Source of the DNA: an uncultured Acidobacteriaceae bacterium
GTDB lineage: Bacteria; Acidobacteriota; Terriglobia; Terriglobales; Acidobacteriaceae
Length of the DNA stretch: 64,000 nt
Assembly (NCBI GenBank): GCA_963749665.1
Contig: CAVVNO010000005.1
Span: 1,447,789-1,511,788, forward strand
Reading direction: 5' to 3'
Shown: positions 56,190-64,000 of the stretch, piece after piece
How the letters are laid out: the number at the start of each line of letters is the position of its first letter
Numbering within the stretch: the first letter of the stretch is position 1
Notes under the pieces: model-generated
Told to the model about the DNA's origin: nothing
The model's input: only the letters and a program-made list of their open reading frames with translations
Databases searched by the model: none
Translations under genes and position numbers: made by a program

Positions 56190-57017
56190 CTACTTCACCG
56201 CCGACACAGCTGGCATGCGCGCCTGCGCTAGAAGAACGCGTTCATCAAGAACCAGCCTTTCCAGCTCTCCAAGCAACCTGGACATCTCGTCCTCCGTCGC
56301 AAGTTCGGCGCGTAGGATTCCCGGTTTTAGCTCCACGAAGCTCTGGTGCCACCAGCCCTTCCCGATTCCCCGCAGCTGTGCCGGCTGAATGAACCTCACC
56401 TCCGGCGAACAGAACCCCGCGTCCATCAACGCCAAATGCAACTGCGCGCCGAAATCGTAGTTCACTCCCAGATGTCTCGCTAAAGCATGCCCCAGCGCAA
56501 TGGCCTGTTCATAAACCTTTGACGGCGGATAACTGAAGACGCTGGAGATCACGATGTCCTGACAGACGAGGACTCCGCCCCGCTGTAGCACGCGATAAAT
56601 CTCACGAAGAGCATCCAGGGGTCGTTGCAAATGACATAACAGCAGCCGGCAATGCACCATGTCGAAGCTCTCCGACGGGAATGCGATGTCATACGCATTG
56701 ATTTCCATAAACTCAGGAGGCCGCGATCCCTCACTCTGCGTCCATTGGGCCCGCGCATACTCGAGTTGCTTTCGATTGATGTCTGCCCCCACCACTGTCC
56801 CAGTCGGCCCTAGCTGTTTCGCAATCCAGTGAGTGACGACGCCAGTCCCGCATGCGAGATCCAGGACTCGCATCCCGGCACGCAGACCGGAGTCCAGCAT
56901 CATCTGTCGTGTCGAAGCGCCGTAAATCTCGTCCTGCATCTCGAGCCTTGCGGCCCCGCAGTCACCCGTTTCGAAGGCGTAGACGTCGACGGAAGTTCCC
57001 TTCGCTCCCTCAATCAT
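56190..57017 (-). CDS. Class I SAM-dependent methyltransferase
   Basis: Motif I VLDLACGTGVVTHW, then VVGADIN, FDMVHCRLLL and LQRGGVLVCQD. Start taken at ATG 57017; the longer track ORF overlaps the ABC-F gene. Confidence 0.7.
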   Translation of the reverse strand: MIEGAKGTSVDVYAFETGDCGAARLEMQDEIYGASTRQMMLDSGLRAGMRVLDLACGTGVVTHWIAKQLGPTGTVVGADINRKQLEYARAQWTQSEGSRPPEFMEINAYDIAFPSESFDMVHCRLLLCHLQRPLDALREIYRVLQRGGVLVCQDIVISSVFSYPPSKVYEQAIALGHALARHLGVNYDFGAQLHLALMDAGFCSPEVRFIQPAQLRGIGKGWWHQSFVELKPGILRAELATEDEMSRLLGELERLVLDERVLLAQARMPAVSAVK

Positions 57018-57124
57018 CGGACAGCTCCTCGCGATGATTCGTGCGGTTGGCCCTCCGCAATCTTCGCCGAAGTATAGCACCGCATCGCGAACGCACAGGC
57101 AGCACGTCCAACGGTCCCGTCCGC

Positions 57125-58951
57125 CTATCCGACCTTCTCCGTCAACTCCGCCCATCGCGCATAGAGATGATCCGCCTCCGCCTGCGCCGCCTCCATCTCA
57201 GCGAGCGCCGCTGTCAGCCTCGTAGCATCCACTGCGACTACTGGATCTTCAATCGTGTGCCGCGCCTTCTGCAACCGAGCCTCAGCAGCTTCCACCGCCG
57301 CTTCGATCCCCGCGAACTCCCGCGCCTCCAAATACGAAAGCTTTTTCTTCCCTCCAGCGTTCGGTGGAGGCCCAGCCGAAACCGAAGCAACTGCCTTTCC
57401 CGTCGCCCCCGGGGAATTAAGATAGCCCGCCTCCTCCACCTTCACCCTCTGCCACTGCTCCCATTGCGAATAATCCGCAAACATCTCCGCGCCACCCCGC
57501 CCATCGAGACCCAGCACCACAGTTGATACTCGATCCAGCATGTAACGGTCATGCGTCACCAACACGAGCGCACCCGTGTACTCCAACAGGCTTTCCTCAA
57601 GAATCTCTAGCGTCGCAATATCCAAATCGTTCGTCGGCTCGTCGAGCAGCAGCAAATCCGCAGGTTCAAGCATCAGCTTCGCGATGAGCACACGCGCTCT
57701 TTCGCCTCCACTCAGCCTTTCGACAGGCTGATTGAGCTGTTCGCTCGTGAAGAGAAACTTCGTCGCATAACTCGCCACATGCACCACGCGTCCCTGATAG
57801 ACCACCGAGTCCGAATCCGGAGCCAACGCCCGCCGTAGTGTCACCCCCTCCTCCAGCTCGCGCATCTGGCTGAAGTAGACAATCTTCAACGCAGCGGCTC
57901 TCTTGATCGTCCCAGCCGACGGTTCCAACTCACCCGTCAACAACCGCAGCAGGGTCGTCTTCCCACTTCCATTCGGCCCCACCAGTCCCACGCGCATCCC
58001 AGAGGTGATAAGAAAATTCAGCCCCTCCACAATCTTCCGGTCGCCCAACACGACAGAAACATCCTCCAACTCCACGAGGCGCTTCGTCTGCCGCTCCGTA
58101 GCTGAAAAATCAATCCCCGCCGTCGCTGTCTGCACCCGCGAGTTCACCGCCTTCAACTGCCCAATCAACTCCTGCGCATTGTCGATCCGAGCCTTCGCCT
58201 TTGTCGCCCTCGCTTTGGGGCCTCGCCGCAGCCACTCCACCTCAATCTTCACGCGGTTCTTCAGCGCATCCTGCAGCTTCGACTGCGCCTCCATGTACGC
58301 CTGCTTGCCCTCCAGAAACTTCGAGTAGCTCCCCTTCACCCGCAGCAGCCCATCTGCATACACGCGGTTCAGCTCCACTATCTCCGTCGCAACATTCTCA
58401 AGAAAATAACGATCATGGCTGACAAGCACACAAGCAAAAGTACCCTCATTCAGCAGCTCCTCCAGCCAGACAATCCCGGCCAAATCCAGATGGTTCGTCG
58501 GCTCATCGAGCAGCAACACGTCGGGATGCGTCACCACCGCCTCCGCAATCGCCAGCCGTTTCCTCCACCCACCACTCAGCGTCGCCGCCTCCGCACTCAA
58601 ATCCGGAAACCCAATCCGACCCGAGGTCTCCCGCAGCCGCCCTTCATGCTCTCCCTCCGCGACCTTGGCCCGCACCAGTGCAGCCTCCAGCACCGCGCGC
58701 ACGGTGATTCCAGGCGCAAAGTTTGACTCCTGCTCCACGTAGCCAACACGCGCCCGCTTCCGCACCGCAACATCGCCCGCGTCGGCATCTTCGTCCCCAG
58801 CCAACACCTTCAGCAGCGTACTTTTCCCCGCCCCATTCGGCCCTATAAGCCCAATGCGGTCCCCATCCGAAACAGTAAAGGAGATTTCACGAAACAAAGC
58901 AGACGCGCCAAAGGCCTGGGTTAACCCCTGCGCATTTAGTATCGGCGGCAT
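57125..58951 (-). CDS. ABC-F family ATPase (Uup/EttA-like, two ABC domains, no TM domain)
   Basis: Walker A twice (GPNGAGKST, GPNGSGKTT), signature LSGGW/LSGGE, Walker B LLLDEPTN twice, and a C-terminal coiled coil. Confidence 0.9.
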   Translation of the reverse strand: MPPILNAQGLTQAFGASALFREISFTVSDGDRIGLIGPNGAGKSTLLKVLAGDEDADAGDVAVRKRARVGYVEQESNFAPGITVRAVLEAALVRAKVAEGEHEGRLRETSGRIGFPDLSAEAATLSGGWRKRLAIAEAVVTHPDVLLLDEPTNHLDLAGIVWLEELLNEGTFACVLVSHDRYFLENVATEIVELNRVYADGLLRVKGSYSKFLEGKQAYMEAQSKLQDALKNRVKIEVEWLRRGPKARATKAKARIDNAQELIGQLKAVNSRVQTATAGIDFSATERQTKRLVELEDVSVVLGDRKIVEGLNFLITSGMRVGLVGPNGSGKTTLLRLLTGELEPSAGTIKRAAALKIVYFSQMRELEEGVTLRRALAPDSDSVVYQGRVVHVASYATKFLFTSEQLNQPVERLSGGERARVLIAKLMLEPADLLLLDEPTNDLDIATLEILEESLLEYTGALVLVTHDRYMLDRVSTVVLGLDGRGGAEMFADYSQWEQWQRVKVEEAGYLNSPGATGKAVASVSAGPPPNAGGKKKLSYLEAREFAGIEAAVEAAEARLQKARHTIEDPVVAVDATRLTAALAEMEAAQAEADHLYARWAELTEKVG

Positions 58952-59000
58952 CTCTTTAGTTTACCGTCTAGCCAAGCAAGCTAGGTAATATCGATGTCGA

Positions 59001-59345
59001 CTAGTCGCGCAGCCAGAACGCATCCTCACTAGCTCGCAGTACCTTCTTTCTACGTTGCATAAGCTTCCTGTGTTCCATAAGCTTCTTTATCGGGACATAC
59101 GCTAAGAGTGCATACCATGATGTGTCGATCAGCAACGATCCAAATACGAAACGCTCAACTCCAACTCCGAAGGCGCGCACAGGCCATAATTTATCTAGAA
59201 ACTCGCACAGCGCGCTTCCAGGGGAAATGATCGCTCCGATCACTCCGTCCCCAAACTTATCTGCCAGCGCAAACGCGAATAAAGTAAGCGCAAATCCGAC
59301 AGCGACACTCGCTATTACACGGCTCCGTCTTCTCGTATAACTCAT
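59001..59345 (-). CDS. Hypothetical small membrane protein
   Basis: ATG at 59345, 7 nt after the preceding stop. Two or three hydrophobic helices (VIASVAVGFALTLFAFALA, FVFGSLLIDTSWYALLAYV). Visibly A/T-richer codon choice than the neighbours. Confidence 0.4.
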   Translation of the reverse strand: MSYTRRRSRVIASVAVGFALTLFAFALADKFGDGVIGAIISPGSALCEFLDKLWPVRAFGVGVERFVFGSLLIDTSWYALLAYVPIKKLMEHRKLMQRRKKVLRASEDAFWLRD

Positions 59346-59352
59346 GTGTGAG

Positions 59353-59661
59353 TTAGTCCAGATCAAAATCCCGCAGCGGTTTCTCCGTAAGCGGAGTCTC
59401 CTTCGCCTTCTTCACCGCCTCGGCGAACTTCTTCGCCATCACATCGTCCTTGTTCTTTTGCGCATCTACACTCTGCGCAAAGATCGATTCACGACGCGCA
59501 TCCGCCTCGCGCAACGCCTTCGCCGCCTCGCCAAAATCCTCAAACATCTTTTTCTTCGGAGCAGACTTATGCGCAATGATCGCCCGCGTCACCGGATCCA
59601 CCTTCAGCATCGCCCCACAATCCGGACACATCACCTCAAACGGCTGATCGCTCAATCCCAT
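59353..59661 (-). CDS. Hypothetical protein with single CxxC and Lys/Ala-rich helical tail
   Basis: 102-aa ORF: MGLSDQPFEVMCPDCGAMLKVDPVTRAIIAHK... No family recognised. Confidence 0.45.
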   Translation of the reverse strand: MGLSDQPFEVMCPDCGAMLKVDPVTRAIIAHKSAPKKKMFEDFGEAAKALREADARRESIFAQSVDAQKNKDDVMAKKFAEAVKKAKETPLTEKPLRDFDLD

Positions 59662-59704
59662 AACTCACCTCATCAGCCATTCTAAAACCACCGCCCTGGT
59701 TCGC

Positions 59705-59735
59705 TACTCCCTATTCCCTACTCCCTATTCCCTGC
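59705..59735. repeat. Heptamer tandem array TACTCCC TATTCCC TACTCCC TATTCCC TGC
   Basis: Read directly. It starts 2 nt beyond the bshC stop codon (59737..59739), in the spacer before the next - strand gene. Confidence 0.95.
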
Positions 59736-59736
59736 T

Positions 59737-61393
59737 TTACAAACGCACCACCACATGCCCGGGACACTGATTCCCGGCCACCCCCACCAGCCGCTCCACC
59801 AACCCGTCCCCATACCTCGCCAGAAACCAAACTCCCGCGATCACGCGTTCCTGCGGATGTCCATCCGGAAACACATTTAGCGTAATCGCCTCAGCGTGCT
59901 TCCGCAGACTGGCCTCCTTCTGCAACTCAAACGTAGCCGCCATCCTCCGCAGCCGGTTCATCTGGTACAGCATCTTCGACCCCGAAACCTCCGCCGCGCG
60001 CCGAAGGCTCTCATCCATACCACCCAGATACTCTGTCAATGCCCTCAGTTCCGTCTCCATCGCATTGCCCACGGCGGCCAGCTTTCGCTTTCCCTCAATC
60101 GGCATCGCGCGGGCGCCCAGCCGTTGTGCGAGCGCCTCCGCCGTTGTCATCGCATCCGGCAGCTGCACCTCATCTTTGTCCATCACCGCAGCAATCGCCG
60201 GCTCCAGCAGGGTTGCGCTCAGTCGCGGAAGCACCGGCGTGATCCGTCCCAGGATTGCCTCGTATAACACCGCACTCTGCGCAAAGTAAGCAATCTCTGC
60301 CGGTCCGCCCACATAAGCTGCTGTCGGCAGCAACGTATCCTGAAACACAGGCCGCAGCAGAGCATTCGGACTCAGGCGCTCCGGCTCGATCTCCAAAATG
60401 GCACTCAACTCCGCAGTCGAATAAACCTTGGCGCCCGCCTTCCACTGCCCGTCCGTACTACGTCGCAGAGCCACCCGTTCCCCGGTCACCTCATCGAGCA
60501 GAAACAGCAGCGAGCCACTCTCAGCCACCAGCACCTGCGCGTGATACCCGGCCTTCACCAACTCTTCACCGCGTGCCATCAAGGCCTGCTGCAACTCCGC
60601 CGCATGCTCAATCGCACACCGCAGCGTAGTCGCGCCCAGCGCATGAAACGCCCGCGAAGCAGCGTCCATCACAATCAAACCCTGCTCAGCAAAAATCTTT
60701 GCCATCAATCGCCCAAGCGCCAGTGCCAACGTAGGCCGGTTCCCGCCCCCCTCACGATCGCCCGCCAGATAACACTCGCGCAGCCACTCACTGACCGGCG
60801 CAAATTCCAGCAGTTCGATCGCCCGCTCCAGCACCGCATCCAACTCCGGCCCCGGCACCACACCGCCCACCGGCACCGCATGCGCCACCTTCAACCCGGC
60901 CCGCAGCGTCTCGACTGAAGTCTTTGTCAGAAATGAAACCTGATCGACCTCCGCGAGGTCGTGATCCTCGGTCGCCAACCAGAAAACCGGCACATGTTCG
61001 ACTCCAGTCGCCGCCGTCGCCTCCCTGGCCCGAGCCACCGCAGTAGCAGCCTTCAAAATCGTCAGCAGCGGACCGCCAAACAGAACCACCTGTTGCCCCG
61101 TCACCACGGCGCGAGCACCGGCGCGCAGCTTCGAAATATTCGATACTGGCGGCAGCACTCGCCCCAAACTCGACGGCCTGGCTCTCCAATAGGTCGGCAA
61201 GCGTTTCGACGTGCCTCACTGGCGCCGGCTTTCCCAGCCACTTCCCCGCAAAGGGCTCTGCCCCATACCATCGCCGAACCGCCGCATCGTCAGCGCTGTC
61301 GGCCATAGCAAGGTAGTCGCGATAAATCGGCGAGACATCCGGCAACACCGTGATCGGGAAACACTCAGTACTCATTGCAGTCCATACCTTCAT
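59737..61393 (-). pseudogene. bshC: Bacillithiol biosynthesis cysteine-adding enzyme with one frame break near 61135..61160
   Basis: The N-terminus (MSTECFPITVLPDVSPIYRDYL...ETLADLLESQAVEFGASAAASI) is in ORF 60788..61393. The continuation (NISKLRAGARAVVTGQQVVLFGGPLLTILKA...PVFWLATEDHDLAEVDQV...) is in ORF 59737..61200. Together they match BshC architecture. Confidence 0.7.
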
Positions 61394-61497
61394 CCATCAC
61401 AGCGTCGCACACGCCTGCGCGGCAACCCATTCACTTTTCCATGCATCCGTTGGATGCCCGTCACCTAAGTCTAGATGCAGGATGATACTTTAGCCCT

Positions 61498-62112
61498 ATG
61501 GCTGACCAAATAATGACATCCAGGACCCCGTCCCCCGCCAGGAAGAAAAAACCCTCCGCCAAACCCCATGTCATCTCCTCCAAACTCGCCTACAAAGGCA
61601 AGGTCTTCTCGGTATTTACCGACAAAGTCGAAGAACCCGGCGGCAACATCAACACCCGCGACGTCATCCGTCACAACGGGTCTGTCGTCATGCTCGCAGT
61701 CGACGAGTCCAAAGATCCCAATGACCCGGAAATTGTCTTCGAACGCCAGTACCGCCACGCCGCCGGCCAGTTTCTCATCGAGCTTCCCGCGGGCCGCGTC
61801 GAACCCCACGAAGCGCCGCTTGCTGCCGCCAAACGCGAGCTCATCGAGGAAACTGGCTACCGCGCCAAACGCTGGACCCTCCTGACCAAATATTTCGCCA
61901 GCCCAGGGTTCCTCGGCGAATGGATGCAGATCTACCTCGCTCGCGACATCCGGGAGGGCGCCGCCGTTCCCGAACCCGACGAAAATATCGAGGTCTTTCG
62001 CCTAAAGCTCTCCGAGGCCCTTGCGCTCATCGCCGGCAACAAGATTCACGACGGCAAGACCCTCATCGGCCTGCTGCTCTACGATGCCTCCCGGCGCACC
62101 GGTCCCGTTTAG
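61498..62112 (+). CDS. NUDIX hydrolase (ADP-ribose pyrophosphatase-like)
   Basis: Nudix box GRVEPHEAPLAAAKRELIEETGY; 204 aa. Confidence 0.85.
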   Translation: MADQIMTSRTPSPARKKKPSAKPHVISSKLAYKGKVFSVFTDKVEEPGGNINTRDVIRHNGSVVMLAVDESKDPNDPEIVFERQYRHAAGQFLIELPAGRVEPHEAPLAAAKRELIEETGYRAKRWTLLTKYFASPGFLGEWMQIYLARDIREGAAVPEPDENIEVFRLKLSEALALIAGNKIHDGKTLIGLLLYDASRRTGPV

Positions 62113-62387
62113 TTTCTCTAACGAAATTCTACATTTCCTAATTCACCGTTGGCGCCGCGCTCACCACAACAAATGTGGAGGGAATTTGTGCATGTATTCT
62201 CAATGATTTCGACGCGCGTGACTTGTGCGTTACTGCAATTCAATTCGGACAAAAGCGATATCCTCGCAACTTCCAGAAAACTCCTTCAGCCGCTTTTGCG
62301 TCACAGTTCTCTAGAGCGTCCTCCGCGTAGTGCCTTCACTTCGCGTGGGCCGGCTTCAGACCGACACGAACTAAGGGAGTTGCTCCA

Positions 62388-62621
62388 TTGGCACAATATA
62401 AGGGAACGGTAAAGTGGTTCAACAATGCAAAGGGCTACGGATTCCTCGGCCGCGACGGCGGGGCAGACGTCTTCGTCCACTACAGCTCCATCCAGCGCGA
62501 GGGCTACAAGAGCCTCAAAGAAGGTGATGAAGTCGAGTTCGACATCATCCAGGGGACCAAAGGACCACAGGCCGATCAGGTATGTCGGCTCAAAGAAGTA
62601 ACTCACGAAGCCCATCAGTAG
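62388..62621 (+). CDS. Cold-shock protein (CspA family)
   Basis: The TTG start follows [22 protein letters not shown] (RNP1) and DVFVHYS (RNP2). A ~270-nt lower-GC untranslated region lies upstream. Confidence 0.9.
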   Translation: MAQYKGTVKWFNNAKGYGFLGRDGGADVFVHYSSIQREGYKSLKEGDEVEFDIIQGTKGPQADQVCRLKEVTHEAHQ

Positions 62622-62756
62622 CATTCCCTTTTGTCGACGCGGCTTCTTTTGCCCGCGTGCACTTGGCATTATCCGTTATCTGCCTTGAGTCCATGTCGCG
62701 GCTGTTGCATACTGACTCAGTGACCGCACCCAGCGTCGGACTCTGATCGCTCTCCC

Positions 62757-64000
62757 ATGGACAATATTTCGATCGCCCGCCTGCTCGATGAAACTGCCTC
62801 CCTTCTCGAGATCGACTCTGCTGACCCCTTCCGCATCCGCTCCTACCGACGCGCCGCCGAAGCCGTCGAGCAGCAAACAACACAACTCGCCACCATAGCC
62901 GACGACCCAAAACAGCTCCTCGCTATCCCCGGCATCGGCAAAAGCATGGTCGCCAACATTCAGGCTCTCCTTTCCACGGGAACAATTCCGCTACGCGAAG
63001 AGCTCCTGCAAAAATACAAACCCACCATGCTCGACCTGCTTCGTCTCCCCGGCATGGGCCCGAAGACCGTCGCGCTCGTCTGGTCCGCTTGTCAGGTCTG
63101 CGACATCGACTCCCTGGAAGCCGCCGCCAAGGCCGGCCACCTCACCAAACTCCCGCGCATGGGAGAGAAATTCGTCACCAAGCTCCTCAAGGGCATCGAA
63201 GACCACCGCAAAAACTCCAGCCGCTTTCGCATCGATAAGGCACAGCACCACGCCGACACCATCATCGCCCTCATTCGCGAATTCCCCGGCATCGACGAGA
63301 TCACACCCGCCGGCTCCCTCCGTCGTGGCCGCGAAACCGTCGGCGACCTTGACCTCCTCGTTACCGGCCCCGCCTGCGAACCGGATGTAGTCTCCGCTGC
63401 CGTCGAGCACGTTGCCGCGCTGCCTCTCATCGACAAGCTCCTCGCCAAGGGTCAGAACAAGGTCAGCTTCACTCTCCGCAACAATCTTCAGGTCGACGTC
63501 CGCCTTCTTCCCCGCAGCGGTTACGGAGCAGCGCTCCAATACTTCACCGGCAGCAAGATGCACAACGTCGCTCTACGCCAGCGCGCCATCAAACGCGGCC
63601 TCACGCTGAACGAGTACGCCCTGCTCCGCGTCGAAGATAACGTCATCGTCGCAGCCGCATCCGAAGCCGACATCTACAACGCCCTCGACCTCGACTACAT
63701 CCCACCCGAACTCCGCGAGAACTCCGGCGAGCTCGAAGCGGCAGCAGCGCACACTCTCCCCCATCTCATCACGCTCGCAGACATCCGCGGCGATCTTCAC
63801 ATGCACACCGACGCTACGGACGGACGCGACACCATTCGCCAGATGGCCGAAGCTGCCCTCGCCCGCGGTCTCGCCTACATCGCCATCACCGACCACAGCA
63901 AGAATCTCGCGATGACAAACGGTCTTGACGACGCCCGCGCGCTCGCCCACGTCAAACGCATTCGCGAGGTCGACGCGGAAATGAAGGGAAAAATCCGCGT
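62757..64000 (+). CDS. DNA polymerase/3'-5' exonuclease PolX (family X polymerase + PHP domain); 3' end outside window
   Basis: Not in the supplied ORF track, because there is no stop in the window. My own translation from ATG 62757 gives MDNISIARLLDETASLLEIDSADPFRIRSYRRAAEAV, LAIPGIGKSMVANI, LPGMGPKTV, GSLRRGRETVGDLDLLV, YFTGSKMHNVALRQRA, GDLHMHTDATDG, IAITDHS. Confidence 0.85.
   Translation, partial: MDNISIARLLDETASLLEIDSADPFRIRSYRRAAEAVEQQTTQLATIADDPKQLLAIPGIGKSMVANIQALLSTGTIPLREELLQKYKPTMLDLLRLPGMGPKTVALVWSACQVCDIDSLEAAAKAGHLTKLPRMGEKFVTKLLKGIEDHRKNSSRFRIDKAQHHADTIIALIREFPGIDEITPAGSLRRGRETVGDLDLLVTGPACEPDVVSAAVEHVAALPLIDKLLAKGQNKVSFTLRNNLQVDVRLLPRSGYGAALQYFTGSKMHNVALRQRAIKRGLTLNEYALLRVEDNVIVAAASEADIYNALDLDYIPPELRENSGELEAAAAHTLPHLITLADIRGDLHMHTDATDGRDTIRQMAEAALARGLAYIAITDHSKNLAMTNGLDDARALAHVKRIREVDAEMKGKIR

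Overview
This is a high-GC bacterial chromosomal segment. I judged composition by eye and computed nothing.

Lineage (inference only): the gene content points to Acidobacteriota (Terriglobia-like). The pointers are tandem secreted VWA-domain proteins of the acidobacterial type, several orphan LuxR-type response regulators, a futalosine-pathway radical SAM enzyme, bshC, and many secreted glycoside hydrolases.

Contents: about 55 protein-coding genes or gene remnants and one tRNA-Ser(CGA). I found no rRNA, no CRISPR array and no intact mobile element. Most genes are ordinary housekeeping or carbohydrate-degradation genes:
- queG, fabI, murI, bshC, cspA-like, PolX, ABC-F and a reverse-transsulfuration operon
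- a sulfatase/FGE operon
- GH2, GH106-like, CE15 and two oligogalacturonate-lyase-like genes
- GT2/GT39 envelope genes and two GGDEF proteins

I found no clear new multi-gene system such as a defence island. The observations most worth follow-up are:
1. A family of 7-nt tandem repeat arrays (TACTCCC/TATTCCC x4 + TGC). They form perfect G3N4 x4 quadruplex motifs on the opposite strand. Two sit immediately after stop codons and one sits in frame inside murI. Related AACNNAC heptamers bracket murI.
2. At least six genes are split by at least 10 frame breaks. Nine of the breaks have the polarity of one extra base, which points to consensus error rather than decay. Four fall within about 420 nt of one copy of a tandem gene duplication.
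3. Two gene remnants: a SulP STAS-domain tail, and a tyrosine-integrase tail next to the tRNA.
4. An Rrf2 / molybdoenzyme-cytochrome b fusion / HPP module.
5. An uncharacterised protein with a Rossmann-like N-terminal domain and a winged-helix-like C-terminal domain, directly downstream of a PAS-GGDEF-EAL gene.
6. A K+ channel whose filter reads TVGYQ instead of TVGYG.

All product calls rest on motifs I recognised in the supplied translations. No database search was possible.
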